A stretch of DNA of 60,117 nucleotides, taken from contig JAIEPK010000090.1 of the NCBI GenBank assembly GCA_019749875.1, positions 1 through 60,117 of the forward strand, read 5' to 3'. The notes under the pieces were generated by a model. The model was not told the DNA's origin. It saw only the letters and a program-made list of their open reading frames with translations, and searched no databases. The position numbers were made by a program, and so were the translations under genes. This document shows, one piece after another, positions 40,273 through 51,178 of the stretch (its first letter is position 1; each line of letters starts with the position of its first letter). Source of the DNA: Candidatus Binatia bacterium (GTDB lineage: Bacteria; Desulfobacterota; Binatia; UBA12015).

Positions 40273-41336
40273 GACCGCGTCTCCGCGCGCGGATCCAGCC
40301 GGTCGCGCAGCTGATCGCCGAGAAAGTTGAACGCCATGGTGGTGATCGCGATGCACACGCCCGGCGCCAGGATCCACGGATACTTGTCGAGGTTGGTCAG
40401 GTTGTTGGCGTCCTTCAGGAGCGAGCCCCAGCTCGTGCTCGGCTCCTGGATGCCGAGCCCGAGCAGCGACAGGGCGCTCTCGCCGAGGATGAACCCGGGG
40501 ATCGCGAGCGTGGCCGCGACGATCGTGTAGCCGAGCGTCGCCGGCACGACGTGGCGCGCGATCGTGCGCGCACGTCCCGCGCCGAGCGCGCGCGCCGCCT
40601 GGACGTACTCGAGCTCGCGGATCGACGTCACCATGCCGCGGATCACGCGCGCAAACCCGGCCCAGCGGATGAAGCTCATCAGCACGACGATCAAGACGAA
40701 CGTCTGCGCCGACGAGAGCCCGGGCGGGATCACGGCAGCGAGCGCAAGCAGAAAGTAGAACGATGGCAGCGCCATCATGATCTCGCACAGCCGCATCAGC
40801 AGGTCGTCCGTTCGGCCACCGACGTACCCCGCGACCACGCCGACCAGGGTCCCGATGCCGAGGCTGATCACCACGCCGACCACGCCGAACGAAAGGCTCA
40901 CCCGCGCGCCGTACACGAGACGCGAGAACAGGTCGCGGCCGAGCGCGTCGCTGCCGAGCAGGAAGAAGTGCTCGCTCGCGTCCGCGGTCACGAGCAGATG
41001 GCCGCGCGCGAAGAGCGCGAGCGGCACCCGGACGTCGCGGTCCACCTCGTAGCGCCGCCGCAGGCTGTCGACCATGCGCTGCGGGTGCACGTAGAGCAGC
41101 CCTTGCGACGCCCACGCCTGTGGTGCGGCGACGTGCAGCGGCATCGGCGGCGCGTTGGGCGAGCGGCGGAATTGGCGTCCGGGCTCGTACGGCGCGATCC
41201 ACGGCGCGAGTGCCGCGACCGTGTAGAGGAAGAGCAGGACGGCGCCGCTGATGCCGGCTCGCCAGCGCCAGCGCGCCGGAGGCGCGCCCGTCGTCGACAG
41301 CAGCTCACCCTCGATCCCGCCACCCGGCTCGATCAC
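40269..41336 (-). CDS. Peptide ABC transporter permease (OppC-like)
   Basis: [33 protein letters not shown] and [17 protein letters not shown]. Confidence 0.92.
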   Translation of the reverse strand: MIEPGGGIEGELLSTTGAPPARWRWRAGISGAVLLFLYTVAALAPWIAPYEPGRQFRRSPNAPPMPLHVAAPQAWASQGLLYVHPQRMVDSLRRRYEVDRDVRVPLALFARGHLLVTADASEHFFLLGSDALGRDLFSRLVYGARVSLSFGVVGVVISLGIGTLVGVVAGYVGGRTDDLLMRLCEIMMALPSFYFLLALAAVIPPGLSSAQTFVLIVVLMSFIRWAGFARVIRGMVTSIRELEYVQAARALGAGRARTIARHVVPATLGYTIVAATLAIPGFILGESALSLLGLGIQEPSTSWGSLLKDANNLTNLDKYPWILAPGVCIAITTMAFNFLGDQLRDRLDPRAETRS

Positions 41337-42313
41337 TGGGTCCTCGATGCGCTCAGATCGATGCGCGGATCGGAAAACGCAAGCGCCACGTCTGCGAGGA
41401 GATTGCCGAGCAGCAGCATCAGCGAGCCGATCAACACCGAGCCCATGACGAGGTAGATGTCGAGCGCGAGCACGGCTTCGAGCATCAGCGATCCGAGGCC
41501 CTGCAGGTTCATGACGCTCTCGACCAGCGCGGCACCACCGAGCAGCGTGCCGAGCTCGTAGCCGGCGAGCGTGATGAACGGATTCAGCGCGTTGCGCAGC
41601 ACGTGCTTGAAGAGCACGGTGCGCTCGGCGAGGCCCTTCGCGCGCGCGGTGCGGACGAAGTCCGCGCGCTGCAAGTCGAGGATCGCGCCGCGCATGAGCC
41701 GCATCAGGCTCGCCATGCCGCTCGTCGCCAGCACGATCGTCGGCAGGAGCAGGTGGTGCAGCCGGTCGAGGATCTTCGTGGCCGGCGACAGGTACTCGTA
41801 GTCGAACGACACCGAGCCACCGACCGGAAACCAGCCGGTCAGGAGCGCGAGGCGCAGCAGCAGAAATGCAAGGAAAAAGTTCGGCAACGACATGCCGAGG
41901 AACCCGAGCAAGGAGAGCACCTTGTCCGAGAGCTGCCCGCGCCGCACCGCGATGACGACCCCGAGCGGGATTGCGAGCAGCCACGTCACCAGCAGCGCCG
42001 CGACCGACAGGATCAGCGTGTTCAACAGGCGCTGACCGATCAGCGTCGTGACGCTCACGCGGTGCGCGACCGACAGGCCGAGGTCGCCGTGCACTGCCTG
42101 CGTCAGCCACGACAGGTAGCGCAGCGGCAGCGGCTCCCCATAGCCGAAGCTCTTCTTCATCTGCTCGATCGCCTCGGGGGAGATCGAGGGGTTCAGCGCC
42201 AGGCTCGAGAAGAAGTCGCCGGGGGCCAGGTCGACGATCAGGAAGGAGAGGAACGTGATCCCGATCAGCAAGGGCACCATCTGCACCAGCCTGCGCAGGA
42301 GAAAGAGCCCCAT
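41333..42313 (-). CDS. Peptide ABC transporter permease (OppB-like)
   Basis: LAPGD, GDLGLS, DFVRTARAKGL, KHVLRNA and NLLADV...DPRI. Confidence 0.92.
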   Translation of the reverse strand: MGLFLLRRLVQMVPLLIGITFLSFLIVDLAPGDFFSSLALNPSISPEAIEQMKKSFGYGEPLPLRYLSWLTQAVHGDLGLSVAHRVSVTTLIGQRLLNTLILSVAALLVTWLLAIPLGVVIAVRRGQLSDKVLSLLGFLGMSLPNFFLAFLLLRLALLTGWFPVGGSVSFDYEYLSPATKILDRLHHLLLPTIVLATSGMASLMRLMRGAILDLQRADFVRTARAKGLAERTVLFKHVLRNALNPFITLAGYELGTLLGGAALVESVMNLQGLGSLMLEAVLALDIYLVMGSVLIGSLMLLLGNLLADVALAFSDPRIDLSASRTQ

Positions 42314-42414
42314 CCGCCACCTTCAGTAGGCCAGGCGGCGGGCTTCCTCAAGGAGCGCGACACCTCGCGGAATGCCTTGAGACGCCCCGGGGAGGTCGTT
42401 ACACCCACCGGATC

Positions 42415-42999
42415 ATGGCGAATCTCTCCCTCGACGAATTCGAAAGCTGCCTGGGCCTGCTCGCCGAGGGCGGAACGCCGGAGAAGCTGCGCGACAAGCT
42501 CGCGCGCCTCAACGCCTTTCACAGCCGCCGCGGCATGAACTCGCTGCACACGCTCGCCGAGCGCATGTTCGCCCTGAGCTCGGGCCTGCGCCGCGACGTG
42601 CCGGCCGCGCGGGCGTTCCACGCGCTGTGGGCCGAGCACGTCGGCACCAAGCTGAGCCGCAAGGCCGGCGAGAAGCTCGACGAGCTCGCCGACAAGATCA
42701 ACGAGAACCTGCACGAAGACGGCGCGGTGAAAGAGGGTTGCGCGGAGTCGCTCAAGACCAGCGTCGACGAGTACGAGGACCTGCTCGCACGCAAGGTGGG
42801 CGGCGCGACGGCGCGACTCGACACGCTGCAGAAGGCCGTTCCGGCCGTGGCGGAGATGCTCCGGGCGAAGCCGCTGCTCGACCTGCCGCTCGATCCGCCC
42901 GATCCCGAGGACGACGAGCACGACCACGATCACCACCACGGCCACGATCACCACGGTCACGCCCACCACGACCACGACGAGGCCGCCGAGAAGGACTGA
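42415..42999 (+). CDS. Hypothetical helical protein with a His/Asp-rich C-terminal tail
   Basis: Host-like codon usage; tail EHDHDHHHGHDHHGHAHHDHDE; 9 nt upstream of the MBL gene. Confidence 0.75.
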   Translation: MANLSLDEFESCLGLLAEGGTPEKLRDKLARLNAFHSRRGMNSLHTLAERMFALSSGLRRDVPAARAFHALWAEHVGTKLSRKAGEKLDELADKINENLHEDGAVKEGCAESLKTSVDEYEDLLARKVGGATARLDTLQKAVPAVAEMLRAKPLLDLPLDPPDPEDDEHDHDHHHGHDHHGHAHHDHDEAAEKD

Positions 43000-43008
43000 T
43001 CGCAGGCG

Positions 43009-43992
43009 GTGCGCGTCGAAGCACGACCCGAAGGCCTCCACCTCCCCGATCTCGATCTCTTCCTCGATCCCGCCGCACGCGTCACGCGTGCCGTGCTGTC
43101 GCACGGCCATGCCGACCACGCGCGAGCGCTCGCAGGAACCGTCCACGCGACGCCCGAAACCGTCGCCATCGCGCGGCTCCGCCTCGGCGACACGAGCTAT
43201 GTGCCGCACGCGTACGGCGAGCCGTTCGAGCTGACGGCGCCGTCCGGAACGGTCGCGCGGCTCACGCTCCTGCCGAGCGGGCACGTGCTGGGCTCGGCGA
43301 TGGTGCTCGTCGAGCACCGTGACGAGCGCCTGCTCTACACGGGCGACGTCAAGCTGCATCGCTCCCGCACCTGCGCACCCGCGGAGGTCGCTGCAGCAGA
43401 CGTCCTCGTCACCGAAGCGACCTTCGGGCTGCCGGTGTTCCGCTTTCCGCCGGTGGTGGACCTCGAAGCGCGCATCGTCGACGAGGCCCGAACCGCGCTC
43501 GACAGCGGCGAGATCCCGGTCTTCCTCGGCTACGCGCTCGGCAAGGGACCCGAGATCGCGAGGATCCTGCAGGACGCGGACATCCCCGTGATGCTGCACG
43601 GGGCCGTGCACCGGATGGTCGAGGTCTATCGCTCCTTCGGCGTCGGCGATCGCGACGCGACGGCGTACGAACGCGGCAAGGTGGACGGGTACGCGCTCAT
43701 CGTTCCGCCGTCGGCACGCACGCACCCCATGCTGCGCGCCATCCGCCAGAAGCGCGTGATCGCCGTCACGGGCTGGGCGCTGCTCGACGCGAGCTACGAT
43801 CGCTACGGCGCGGACGTGCTGATCCCGCTGTCCGACCATGCGGACTGGGACGAGCTGCACGAGCTGGTCGCGCGCACCGGGGCGCGACGCGTGCTGACGA
43901 CGCACGGCTTCGCCGAGCCGCTCGCACACGCCCTGTCGGCGCAGGGCCACGACGCGAGCGCGCTGCACCTGCTGCACGGCGACGAGGAATGA
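43009..43992 (+). CDS. MBL-fold/beta-CASP nuclease (ligase-associated exonuclease type)
   Basis: SHGHADH, SGHVLGSA, YTGD, EATFGLPVF, YALGK, LSDHADW and THG. Confidence 0.88.
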   Translation: MRVEARPEGLHLPDLDLFLDPAARVTRAVLSHGHADHARALAGTVHATPETVAIARLRLGDTSYVPHAYGEPFELTAPSGTVARLTLLPSGHVLGSAMVLVEHRDERLLYTGDVKLHRSRTCAPAEVAAADVLVTEATFGLPVFRFPPVVDLEARIVDEARTALDSGEIPVFLGYALGKGPEIARILQDADIPVMLHGAVHRMVEVYRSFGVGDRDATAYERGKVDGYALIVPPSARTHPMLRAIRQKRVIAVTGWALLDASYDRYGADVLIPLSDHADWDELHELVARTGARRVLTTHGFAEPLAHALSAQGHDASALHLLHGDEE

Positions 43993-45674
43993 AGGACTTC
44001 GCCGCGCTCTGCGCCGCGCTGCGCGCGACCCGCGCCACGTCGCGCAAGGTGGAGCTGGTCGCCTCCTACCTCCCGACGCTCGACGACGCGTCCTTGCCGA
44101 TCGCCACGCGCTTCCTCACCGGACGTCCGTTCGCGGCGCGCGACGAGCGCACGCTGTCCGTCGGATGGGCGAGCCTCCTTCGCACCGCGACCGCGATGTT
44201 CGCGGACCTCGACCCGGAGATCCTGCGCGCGTCCTTCCGCGCCATCGGCGACATGGGCGAAACCTTCGGCCTGCTGCAGCGAGGGCGCGCACGCGCTGCG
44301 ACCCCGAGCGTCGTGGAGGTCGGCGATGCGCTCGAGCGGCTCGCCGCGGCCCGAAAGGCCGCCGACAAGCAACGGCTGCTCGACGGGCTGCTGCCGGGCC
44401 TGGATCCGTCGGTCCTGAAAGAGACCGTCAAGCTGATCGTGGGTGCGCAACGCATCGGGCTGTCGGCGCTGCTGCTCGAGCAGGCGATCGCGCGCGCGAG
44501 CGATCTGCCTCTCGACGACGTCAAGCGCGCGACGCTCTTGTGCGGCGATCTGGGCGAGGTCGCGCTGCGTGCCCGGCACGGCGCGCTCGGTGGTGCCGCC
44601 CTCGCCCTCTTCCACCCGCTCGGCTTCCAGCTCGCCGGCACCTACACCGCGGGTGATGCGCTGCCCTGGGAGCGCATCCTTGCCGAAGAGAAGCTCGACG
44701 GCATCCGCGGGCAAGCACACGTGGCGCCGGCATACCCCGGCGCCACCGCACGCGTGGCGCTGTTCTCGCGCAGCCTCGACGACGTCACCGGGGCGTTTCC
44801 CGAGATCGCCGAGCGCCTCGCGCGGCTGCCGATCTCGCTGGTCGCGGACGGCGAGATCCTCGCATTCGCCGCAGGACGGGCGCTGCCGTTCGCGCGCCTG
44901 CAGCGGCGGCTCGGGCGAAAGAAGGTGGACGAAGAGCTGATCCGCGAGGTGCCGTCGACCTTCGTGCTCTACGACGTGCTCGCGTGGAACGGCGTGCTGG
45001 TCATCGATCGTCCGCTGCGCGAGCGGCGCGCCCTGCTCGAGTCGCTGCCGTTGCCGGACGGCGTGCTGCTCTCTGCGGCGACGCGACCACGCGACGCCGA
45101 CGATCTGGAGAAGCTCTTCGAGCGCGCGCTCGCGAACGGCAACGAAGGGCTGATGCTGAAGGACGAGCTGCAGCCGTACACGCCGGGCAAGCGGGGACGC
45201 GGCTGGCTCAAGTACAAGAAAGCTCGCGCCACGCTCGACGTGGTGGTGACGGCGGTCGAGCCCGGCCACGGCCGTCGTGCGGGGCTTCTGTCCGACGTCA
45301 CGTTCGCCGTGCGTGCCGCGGACGGCAGCCTGCGCAACATCGGCAAGGCCTACTCGGGGCTGTCCGACACGGAGATCCTCGAGACCACGAAGACGTTCCG
45401 ACGGCTCACCGAAACGATCTACGGCGGGCGCGTGCGCGCGGTACGGCCGGAGGTCGTGCTCGAGGTGGCGTTCGACGGCATCCAGCGCTCCGCGCGCCAC
45501 AAGTCCGGCTTCGCGCTGCGCTTTCCGCGCATCGTGCGGCTCCGGCCGGACAAGCCGGTCGCGGAGATCGACACGCTCGAACGCGTCGTCGAGCTCTACG
45601 CGCTGCTCGCGGGTGACGACACGCCTCCGGAAGCTGCCGCGACCCGTGCGGCGGACGCCAGCGATGCCGAGTGA
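43989..45674 (+). CDS. ATP-dependent DNA ligase
   Basis: Motif I EEKLDGIR, DGEI, YDVL, EGLMLK, Y.PGKRG..WLK, GKAYSGL and SGFALRFPRI. Confidence 0.95.
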   Translation: MKDFAALCAALRATRATSRKVELVASYLPTLDDASLPIATRFLTGRPFAARDERTLSVGWASLLRTATAMFADLDPEILRASFRAIGDMGETFGLLQRGRARAATPSVVEVGDALERLAAARKAADKQRLLDGLLPGLDPSVLKETVKLIVGAQRIGLSALLLEQAIARASDLPLDDVKRATLLCGDLGEVALRARHGALGGAALALFHPLGFQLAGTYTAGDALPWERILAEEKLDGIRGQAHVAPAYPGATARVALFSRSLDDVTGAFPEIAERLARLPISLVADGEILAFAAGRALPFARLQRRLGRKKVDEELIREVPSTFVLYDVLAWNGVLVIDRPLRERRALLESLPLPDGVLLSAATRPRDADDLEKLFERALANGNEGLMLKDELQPYTPGKRGRGWLKYKKARATLDVVVTAVEPGHGRRAGLLSDVTFAVRAADGSLRNIGKAYSGLSDTEILETTKTFRRLTETIYGGRVRAVRPEVVLEVAFDGIQRSARHKSGFALRFPRIVRLRPDKPVAEIDTLERVVELYALLAGDDTPPEAAATRAADASDAE

Positions 45675-45741
45675 TCGGCGTGAGGGCGTCCCCATCGCAT
45701 GCTGGCGGAGCCCGTCGCGAAGCTGTTAGGACTGCGCGACG

Positions 45742-46680
45742 ATGCCTCGCCATCCGATCCGCTTCGGCGTCTGCCTCCCCCAGCACGGCAGCAGCTGGCA
45801 GGACGCAGTCCAGGTCGCGCGCGCGTGCGACCGCCTCGGCTTCGATTCCGTCTGGGCCGTGGACCACTTCTTCGGCATCCCCGACGCCACGCAGCCGATC
45901 CACGAAGGCTGGACCGAGGTCGCTGCACTGGCACCGCTGACCGAGCGCATCCGCCTCGGCCACCTCGTGCTGTGCGTCAGCTACCGTCACCCGGCCGTGC
46001 TCGCGAAGATGGCCGCAACGCTCGACCACGTGTCCAACGGCCGCTTCGTGCTCGGCATGGGGGCGGGCTGGCACCAACAGGAGTACCAGGCGTACGGAAT
46101 CCCGTTTCCGCCGATCGGTACGCGCCTGAAGGAGCTCGACGAATCGCTGACGATCATCCGCAAGATGTGGACCGAGGAGCCGGCGACGTTCTTCGGCGAG
46201 CAGTTCCACATCGAGGACGCCTACTGCCGGCCGCGTCCGGTGCAGCAGCCGTACCCACCGATCCTGGTCGGCGGCACGGGGGAGCGCGTGCTGCTGCGCA
46301 TCGTCGCCGAGCACGCGACCATCTGGAACAATCTCGGCTGGGCGCACCGCGAGCTCGCGAAGAAGCTCGACGTGCTGCGCGGCCACTGCGATCACGTCAA
46401 GCGCGATTTCGACGCGATCGAGATCTCGCAGCAGACGCTCGGTGCGATCGCCGAGACCGAGGCCGAAGCGCAGCGCGCGACCGAGGCGGTGTGCGCGGAG
46501 CTGCCGTTTCTCTCCGGCGGCCCCGAGCTCAACATCACCGGCACCCCCGAGCAATGCATCGAGCGTGTCCAGCGAACGATCGCCATGGGTGCGACGAGCT
46601 TCATCATCAGCTTCGGCCGCAACCCGAGCGTCGAGATGCTGCAGCTCTTCGCGGAGCGGGTGATCCCGGCGTTTCGCTGA
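45742..46680 (+). CDS. LLM-class (luciferase-like, probably F420-dependent) oxidoreductase
   Basis: GFDSVWAVDHF, YRHPAVLAKMAATLDHVSNGR..LGMGAGW and P.Q.P.PPILVGGTGE. Confidence 0.9.
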   Translation: MPRHPIRFGVCLPQHGSSWQDAVQVARACDRLGFDSVWAVDHFFGIPDATQPIHEGWTEVAALAPLTERIRLGHLVLCVSYRHPAVLAKMAATLDHVSNGRFVLGMGAGWHQQEYQAYGIPFPPIGTRLKELDESLTIIRKMWTEEPATFFGEQFHIEDAYCRPRPVQQPYPPILVGGTGERVLLRIVAEHATIWNNLGWAHRELAKKLDVLRGHCDHVKRDFDAIEISQQTLGAIAETEAEAQRATEAVCAELPFLSGGPELNITGTPEQCIERVQRTIAMGATSFIISFGRNPSVEMLQLFAERVIPAFR

Positions 46681-46721
46681 ACGCCGCGCAGAAGACCGGT
46701 CCGCCAGGCCAAGATGCACGA

Positions 46722-46751
46722 GAGGCCGCCGGTGGTGAACCAGGCGGCCTC
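46722..46751. terminator. Hairpin between the convergent LLM and htpX genes
   Basis: GAGGCCGCC...GGCGGCCTC 9-bp inverted repeat. Confidence 0.45.
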
Positions 46752-46779
46752 CGTTCGTGCGATCCGGGTCGGACTTCGA

Positions 46780-47676
46780 TCAAGCCGCCGCGCGCAGGCG
46801 AGCGATGCGCTCCTCGAGCGGGGGATGCGTCGCGAAGAAGCGCATGATGCCGATCGGGTTCGAGATCTTGAGCGTCGCGATCGCCGGCTGCGGGTGCGGA
46901 TCCTGGATCTGCACCGTGCGCTGCAGCGCCTGGAGCGCACCGATCATGCGCTCGCGCCCGCCGATCTGCGCCCCACCGGCGTCGGCGCGGAACTCGCGCA
47001 TGCGCGAGAACCAGGCGATCACGATCGAGCCGAGCAGCATGAACACGATCTCGAACACGAACTGGACGAGGAAGTAGATTCCGTACGAAAAGCCCTCGCC
47101 CTCGTCGCGATCGCGCGCGAAGAACTGCGCCGCAGCGAACGCGATCACCCGTGCGAGGAACATCACGAACGCGTTCACGACGCCCTGGATGAGCGTCATG
47201 GTCACCATGTCGCCATTCGCGATGTGAGCGACCTCGTGGCTCAGGACGCCCTCGACCTCGGGCTGGTCCATGCGCTGCAGAAGTCCCGTCGACACCGCGA
47301 CGATCGAGCTTCGCTTGGTCGGACCGGTCGCAAAGGCGTTGACCTCGGGCGACTCGTAGATGCCGACCTCGGGCATCGGAATCCCTGCCGACTGGGCAAG
47401 ACGATCGACGGCGCGCACCAGCGCGCGCAGCGTCGGATCGGTCGTGTTCGGGTCGATCACCCGCACGCCCATCATCGTCTTCGCCATCACCTTGGACAGC
47501 GCGAGCGAGATGAACGCGCCGCCCATGCCCCAGATCAGGCAAAATGCCAGCAAGGACTGGTAGTTGATGCCGTTCGCGTTCAGGTACGGCTGGATCCCGA
47601 GGACGCTGAGCAGCACCGAGATGGTCATGACGACCAGGAAGTTGACTGCCAGGAACAGGAAGATCCGTTTCACCAT
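46780..47676 (-). CDS. htpX: Zinc metalloprotease HtpX
   Basis: KRIFLFLAVN, SPEVNAFATG, HEVAHIANGDMVTMTLIQGVVN, FSRMREFRAD and THPPLEERI. Confidence 0.95.
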   Translation of the reverse strand: MVKRIFLFLAVNFLVVMTISVLLSVLGIQPYLNANGINYQSLLAFCLIWGMGGAFISLALSKVMAKTMMGVRVIDPNTTDPTLRALVRAVDRLAQSAGIPMPEVGIYESPEVNAFATGPTKRSSIVAVSTGLLQRMDQPEVEGVLSHEVAHIANGDMVTMTLIQGVVNAFVMFLARVIAFAAAQFFARDRDEGEGFSYGIYFLVQFVFEIVFMLLGSIVIAWFSRMREFRADAGGAQIGGRERMIGALQALQRTVQIQDPHPQPAIATLKISNPIGIMRFFATHPPLEERIARLRAAA

Positions 47677-47841
47677 CGCTGAGCTCTCCTCCAGGCGGGG
47701 CGTAGGTCCCGCGTCCCCGTATGACGGTCGCACCGCGCCGTTTCTTCAACGTGAATCGGCACTTGACGACCGCCGGGGCAGGCCCCGTGCGACGGTTATA
47801 TCGTGCCGGGCGATCGACGCCACGGCGCGAACCGGGGCGGA

Positions 47842-48366
47842 TCAGCTCGCGGTGCGGAGCAGCAGGGCGTCGTGCGACGATGGCGCGATCGCCGCCTCGG
47901 CAGACGCGACATGGGAAGCGCGTCGGCGTCGGCGCGCCGCATCGTCCTCGACCGCGGCGCGGAAGGCGCGGGCGGCGCGGCGCAGCGCGATGTCGGCACG
48001 CAGGCGGACGAGCGGCCGCACGAGCCAGCCGAGCCAGCTCAGATGCCAGGTCGCGTCCACCGAGAGGATCGTTCCGACCTCGGCGGGTTGCAGCCGGAGA
48101 TCCAGGTCGATCTCGCGCAGCAGGCGCCATGGCGCGCGAAGGACTACCCGGAGCCGGCGCTCGCGTTCGATGGTGAGGACGCGTCCCTCGATCGGGCCGA
48201 CGCAGCGCTCCGCGGCGCACTGCGTCGCGAAGCGCTCCGGCGAACCGGTGAGGTGGTCGACGTCGTCGAGCCATCCGGCGACCGCGTCGCGATCGACCAG
48301 ACGACTCCAGACGAGATCTCGCGGGGCAGCGAGAACGGCGCTTGCCTGCACGTTGAAGCTCGGCAC
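47842..48366 (-). CDS. SRPBCC/START-like family protein
   Basis: ASAVLAAPRDLVWSRLVD...W and GRVLTIERERRL; start uncertain. Confidence 0.55.
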   Translation of the reverse strand: MPSFNVQASAVLAAPRDLVWSRLVDRDAVAGWLDDVDHLTGSPERFATQCAAERCVGPIEGRVLTIERERRLRVVLRAPWRLLREIDLDLRLQPAEVGTILSVDATWHLSWLGWLVRPLVRLRADIALRRAARAFRAAVEDDAARRRRRASHVASAEAAIAPSSHDALLLRTAS

Positions 48367-48581
48367 GTCGTCGACCGAAGCAAGACGCTGGCCGCGCAGG
48401 ACGGTCGCTGGCTTCGCACCGCGGGCAGCCGGGCCAACGCAGACGCCCCCGCCCGATGTCCGCGAGCGGCCCTTGGGGCTCGAATCGCGACACCGAGCGG
48501 GGGCGTTTTCTACACTCCGCTCAGGGTCCGTCGGACCGTCGTGCCGGCGCCATCGCGCGCGTGCGACGACGCCTGCAGCGG

Positions 48582-50864
48582 TCACGCGGCCATCGCGGCT
48601 CCGTTCGGCACCAGCGCAATCGCCAGCACCTCGTCGATCGAGGCCACGGGATGGAAGCGCATGCGCTCCCGGACCTCCGCCGGAACTTCCTCCAGATCCG
48701 GCGCGTTGCGCTCGGGCAGGATCACGTCGGTGAGGCCGGCAGCATGGGCCGCGAGCACCTTCTGCTTGAGGCCGCCGATCGGCAGCACGCGTCCCTGCAG
48801 CGTGACCTCTCCCGTCATCCCGACGGTGTGCTTGACCGGGCGTCCGGTGAGCAGCGAGGTGACCGCGGTCACGATCGTCACGCCGGCACTCGGTCCGTCC
48901 TTCGGCGTCGCACCCGCCGGGACGTGGATGTGGAACTCACGGTTCTTGAACGACGCACGGTCGACTCCCAGCTCGCCCGCGTGGCTGCGAACGTAGCTGA
49001 GCGCGATGCGCGCCGACTCCTTCATGACGTCGCCGAGCTGCCCCGTCAGGACGAGCCCGTCGTTGCCCGGCATCGCCGCCGCCTCGACGAACAGCACGTC
49101 GCCGCCCGTTCCGGTGACCGCGAGACCGGTCGCCACACCCGGCACCGCCGTCCGGCTCGCCGCTTCCTGGAAGAACTTCGATCGCCCGAGCGCCTCGCGC
49201 ACGAACGCCGTGTCGATGGTGATCGGCGGCGTGGCCTCGTTCGACGCAATGCGCGTCGCCGCCTTGCGCAGGATCGTGCCGAGTTCGCGGTCGAGCTGCC
49301 GCACGCCGGCCTCGCGGGTGTAGTCCGCGACGATCAGGCGCAGCGTGTCGTCGTCGACCGAGACCTCCTCGGAACGGAGCCCGTTGCGTTCGGTCTGCCG
49401 CGGCCAGAGGTAGCCGCGCGCGATCGCCGTCTTCTCAGCGACCGTGTAGCCGTCGAAGCGAATCACCTCCATGCGGTCGAGCAAGGGACCGGGGATCGTA
49501 TCCGCGACGTTGGCCGTCGCGATGAACAGCACCTGCGACAGGTCCAGCTCGACGTCGAGGTAATGGTCGCGGAACGAGTGGTTCTGCGCCGGGTCGAGGA
49601 CCTCGAGCAACGCGGCGGACGGATCGCCGCGCCAGTCGGAGCCGACCTTGTCGACCTCGTCGAGCATGATGACCGGATTCATCGTGCCCGCGTCGCGCAG
49701 CGCGCGCACGAGCCTGCCCGGCAGCGCGCCGATGTACGTCCGGCGGTGCCCACGGATCTCGGCCTCGTCACGCACGCCGCCGAGCGACATGCGAACGAAC
49801 TTGCGTCCCGTGGCGCGTGCGATCGACTCGCCGATCGACGTCTTGCCGGTGCCCGGCGGGCCGATCAGCGTCAAGATCACGCCGGAGCGCTTGTCGTCGG
49901 CGACGCCGCGCTCGACGCGCAGCTTCCGCACCGCGAGATACTCGGTGATGCGACGCTTGACGTCGTCGAGGCCGGCATGATCCGCGTCGAGAACTTCGCG
50001 CGCGTGCACCGGGTCGAGCTTCTCCTCCGAGCGCTTCGACCACGGCACGGCGATCAGCCAGTCGAGGTAGGTGCGGATCATCGACGACTCGGGGCTCTGC
50101 TCGCCCATGCGGTCCAGGCGCCCGAGCTCGCGCTCGGCCTGGGCCTTCACGTCGTCGGGCATGCCCGCGTCCTCGATCTTGGCGCGGTACTCCTCCACCA
50201 CGGAGCCGTTGTCGTCGCCGAGCTCCTTGCGGATCGACTCCATCTGCTTGCGGAGCAGATACTCGCGCTGCTGCTTCTGGGTACCGGAGTCCACGTCCTC
50301 GCGGATGCGCTTGCGCAGCTGCAGCTCCGCCAGGCGCTCATGCTGGAACTTGAGCGACAGCTCGAGGCGCTCGACCACGTCGAGGGTCTCGAGGACGCTC
50401 ACCTTCTGGGCGAACGTCAGATCGGGCGAGTAGCCCGAGGTGTCGGCGAGCGCGCCGGGCTCGGTGATCGCGCGGACGAAGGCGCGCACCCGATCGTCGG
50501 CGCCACGCAGGTCCAGAATCTCCTCGACCACGGCGCGGTACTCGCGCTCGAGGTGCTGGACGCGACTTGGCGGCGGGGTCTGGTCGGCGTGGACGTCGAC
50601 CTCGACCTGCAGGTTGCCGCGCGCATCGGTCTGGGCCTGGCCAGGGATGCCGCGCTTGGTGCCATTGAGCAGAACGGCGTTCGCGCCGCCCGGCAGCCGG
50701 AGCTTCTCGACGACCTCAGCGACCGTCCCGACCTTCGCGTACTCGTTCGCATGGCGGGGCAGCAGGAGGACCGTACTCGCATCGCCGACTTCGAGAGGCA
50801 GGGTGACCGTCATGCCCGGGAAGACGACGGTGTCGTCCAGGGCCACGAGGCGCATTTTTTCCAT
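48582..50864 (-). CDS. lon: ATP-dependent protease Lon
   Basis: [43 protein letters not shown] and catalytic PKDGPSAG...GGLKQK. Confidence 0.97.
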   Translation of the reverse strand: MEKMRLVALDDTVVFPGMTVTLPLEVGDASTVLLLPRHANEYAKVGTVAEVVEKLRLPGGANAVLLNGTKRGIPGQAQTDARGNLQVEVDVHADQTPPPSRVQHLEREYRAVVEEILDLRGADDRVRAFVRAITEPGALADTSGYSPDLTFAQKVSVLETLDVVERLELSLKFQHERLAELQLRKRIREDVDSGTQKQQREYLLRKQMESIRKELGDDNGSVVEEYRAKIEDAGMPDDVKAQAERELGRLDRMGEQSPESSMIRTYLDWLIAVPWSKRSEEKLDPVHAREVLDADHAGLDDVKRRITEYLAVRKLRVERGVADDKRSGVILTLIGPPGTGKTSIGESIARATGRKFVRMSLGGVRDEAEIRGHRRTYIGALPGRLVRALRDAGTMNPVIMLDEVDKVGSDWRGDPSAALLEVLDPAQNHSFRDHYLDVELDLSQVLFIATANVADTIPGPLLDRMEVIRFDGYTVAEKTAIARGYLWPRQTERNGLRSEEVSVDDDTLRLIVADYTREAGVRQLDRELGTILRKAATRIASNEATPPITIDTAFVREALGRSKFFQEAASRTAVPGVATGLAVTGTGGDVLFVEAAAMPGNDGLVLTGQLGDVMKESARIALSYVRSHAGELGVDRASFKNREFHIHVPAGATPKDGPSAGVTIVTAVTSLLTGRPVKHTVGMTGEVTLQGRVLPIGGLKQKVLAAHAAGLTDVILPERNAPDLEEVPAEVRERMRFHPVASIDEVLAIALVPNGAAMAA

Positions 50865-51012
50865 GCGGCCGACCATAAGTCGGCTTTGCACCTTGTCGAG
50901 CAGCCGCCGTGCAATCCGCCACCCCACCGCCACCAGTCGCCGAGCCCAGTGAGGCCACGCCTCGGCCGCGACGCAGAGCACGGCGCCTCCACCTCACCCG
51001 GCACCGGCCCAC

Positions 51013-51178
51013 CAGCGAAGCCCGAAGGGCGAGTGGCCGAGCCGAAGGCGAGCCGGGGGAGTGAATCACCGCGGCTCCGCCGCGGTGAGAGAGGGGGACA
51101 GAGTCCCTCTCTGGGTGACAACCGAGTGAATCACCGCGGCTCCGCCGCGGTGAGAAAGGAGACAGAGTCCCCCTTCTT
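51013..51178. repeat. REP-like tandem palindromic repeat
   Basis: Exact 32-nt direct repeat GAGTGAATCACCGCGGCTCCGCCGCGGTGAGA at 51059 and 51124 (period 65), each followed by a G(G/A)GAC-AGA-GTCCC hairpin; upstream GCCCGAAGGGC and GCCGAAGGC mini-hairpins. Confidence 0.8.

Noticed and set aside
51059-51175. Possible mini-CRISPR (32-nt palindromic repeat, 33-nt spacer)
   Set aside because: Only two repeats, the sequence after each repeat is similar rather than unique, and no cas genes are in the window; treated as REP-like
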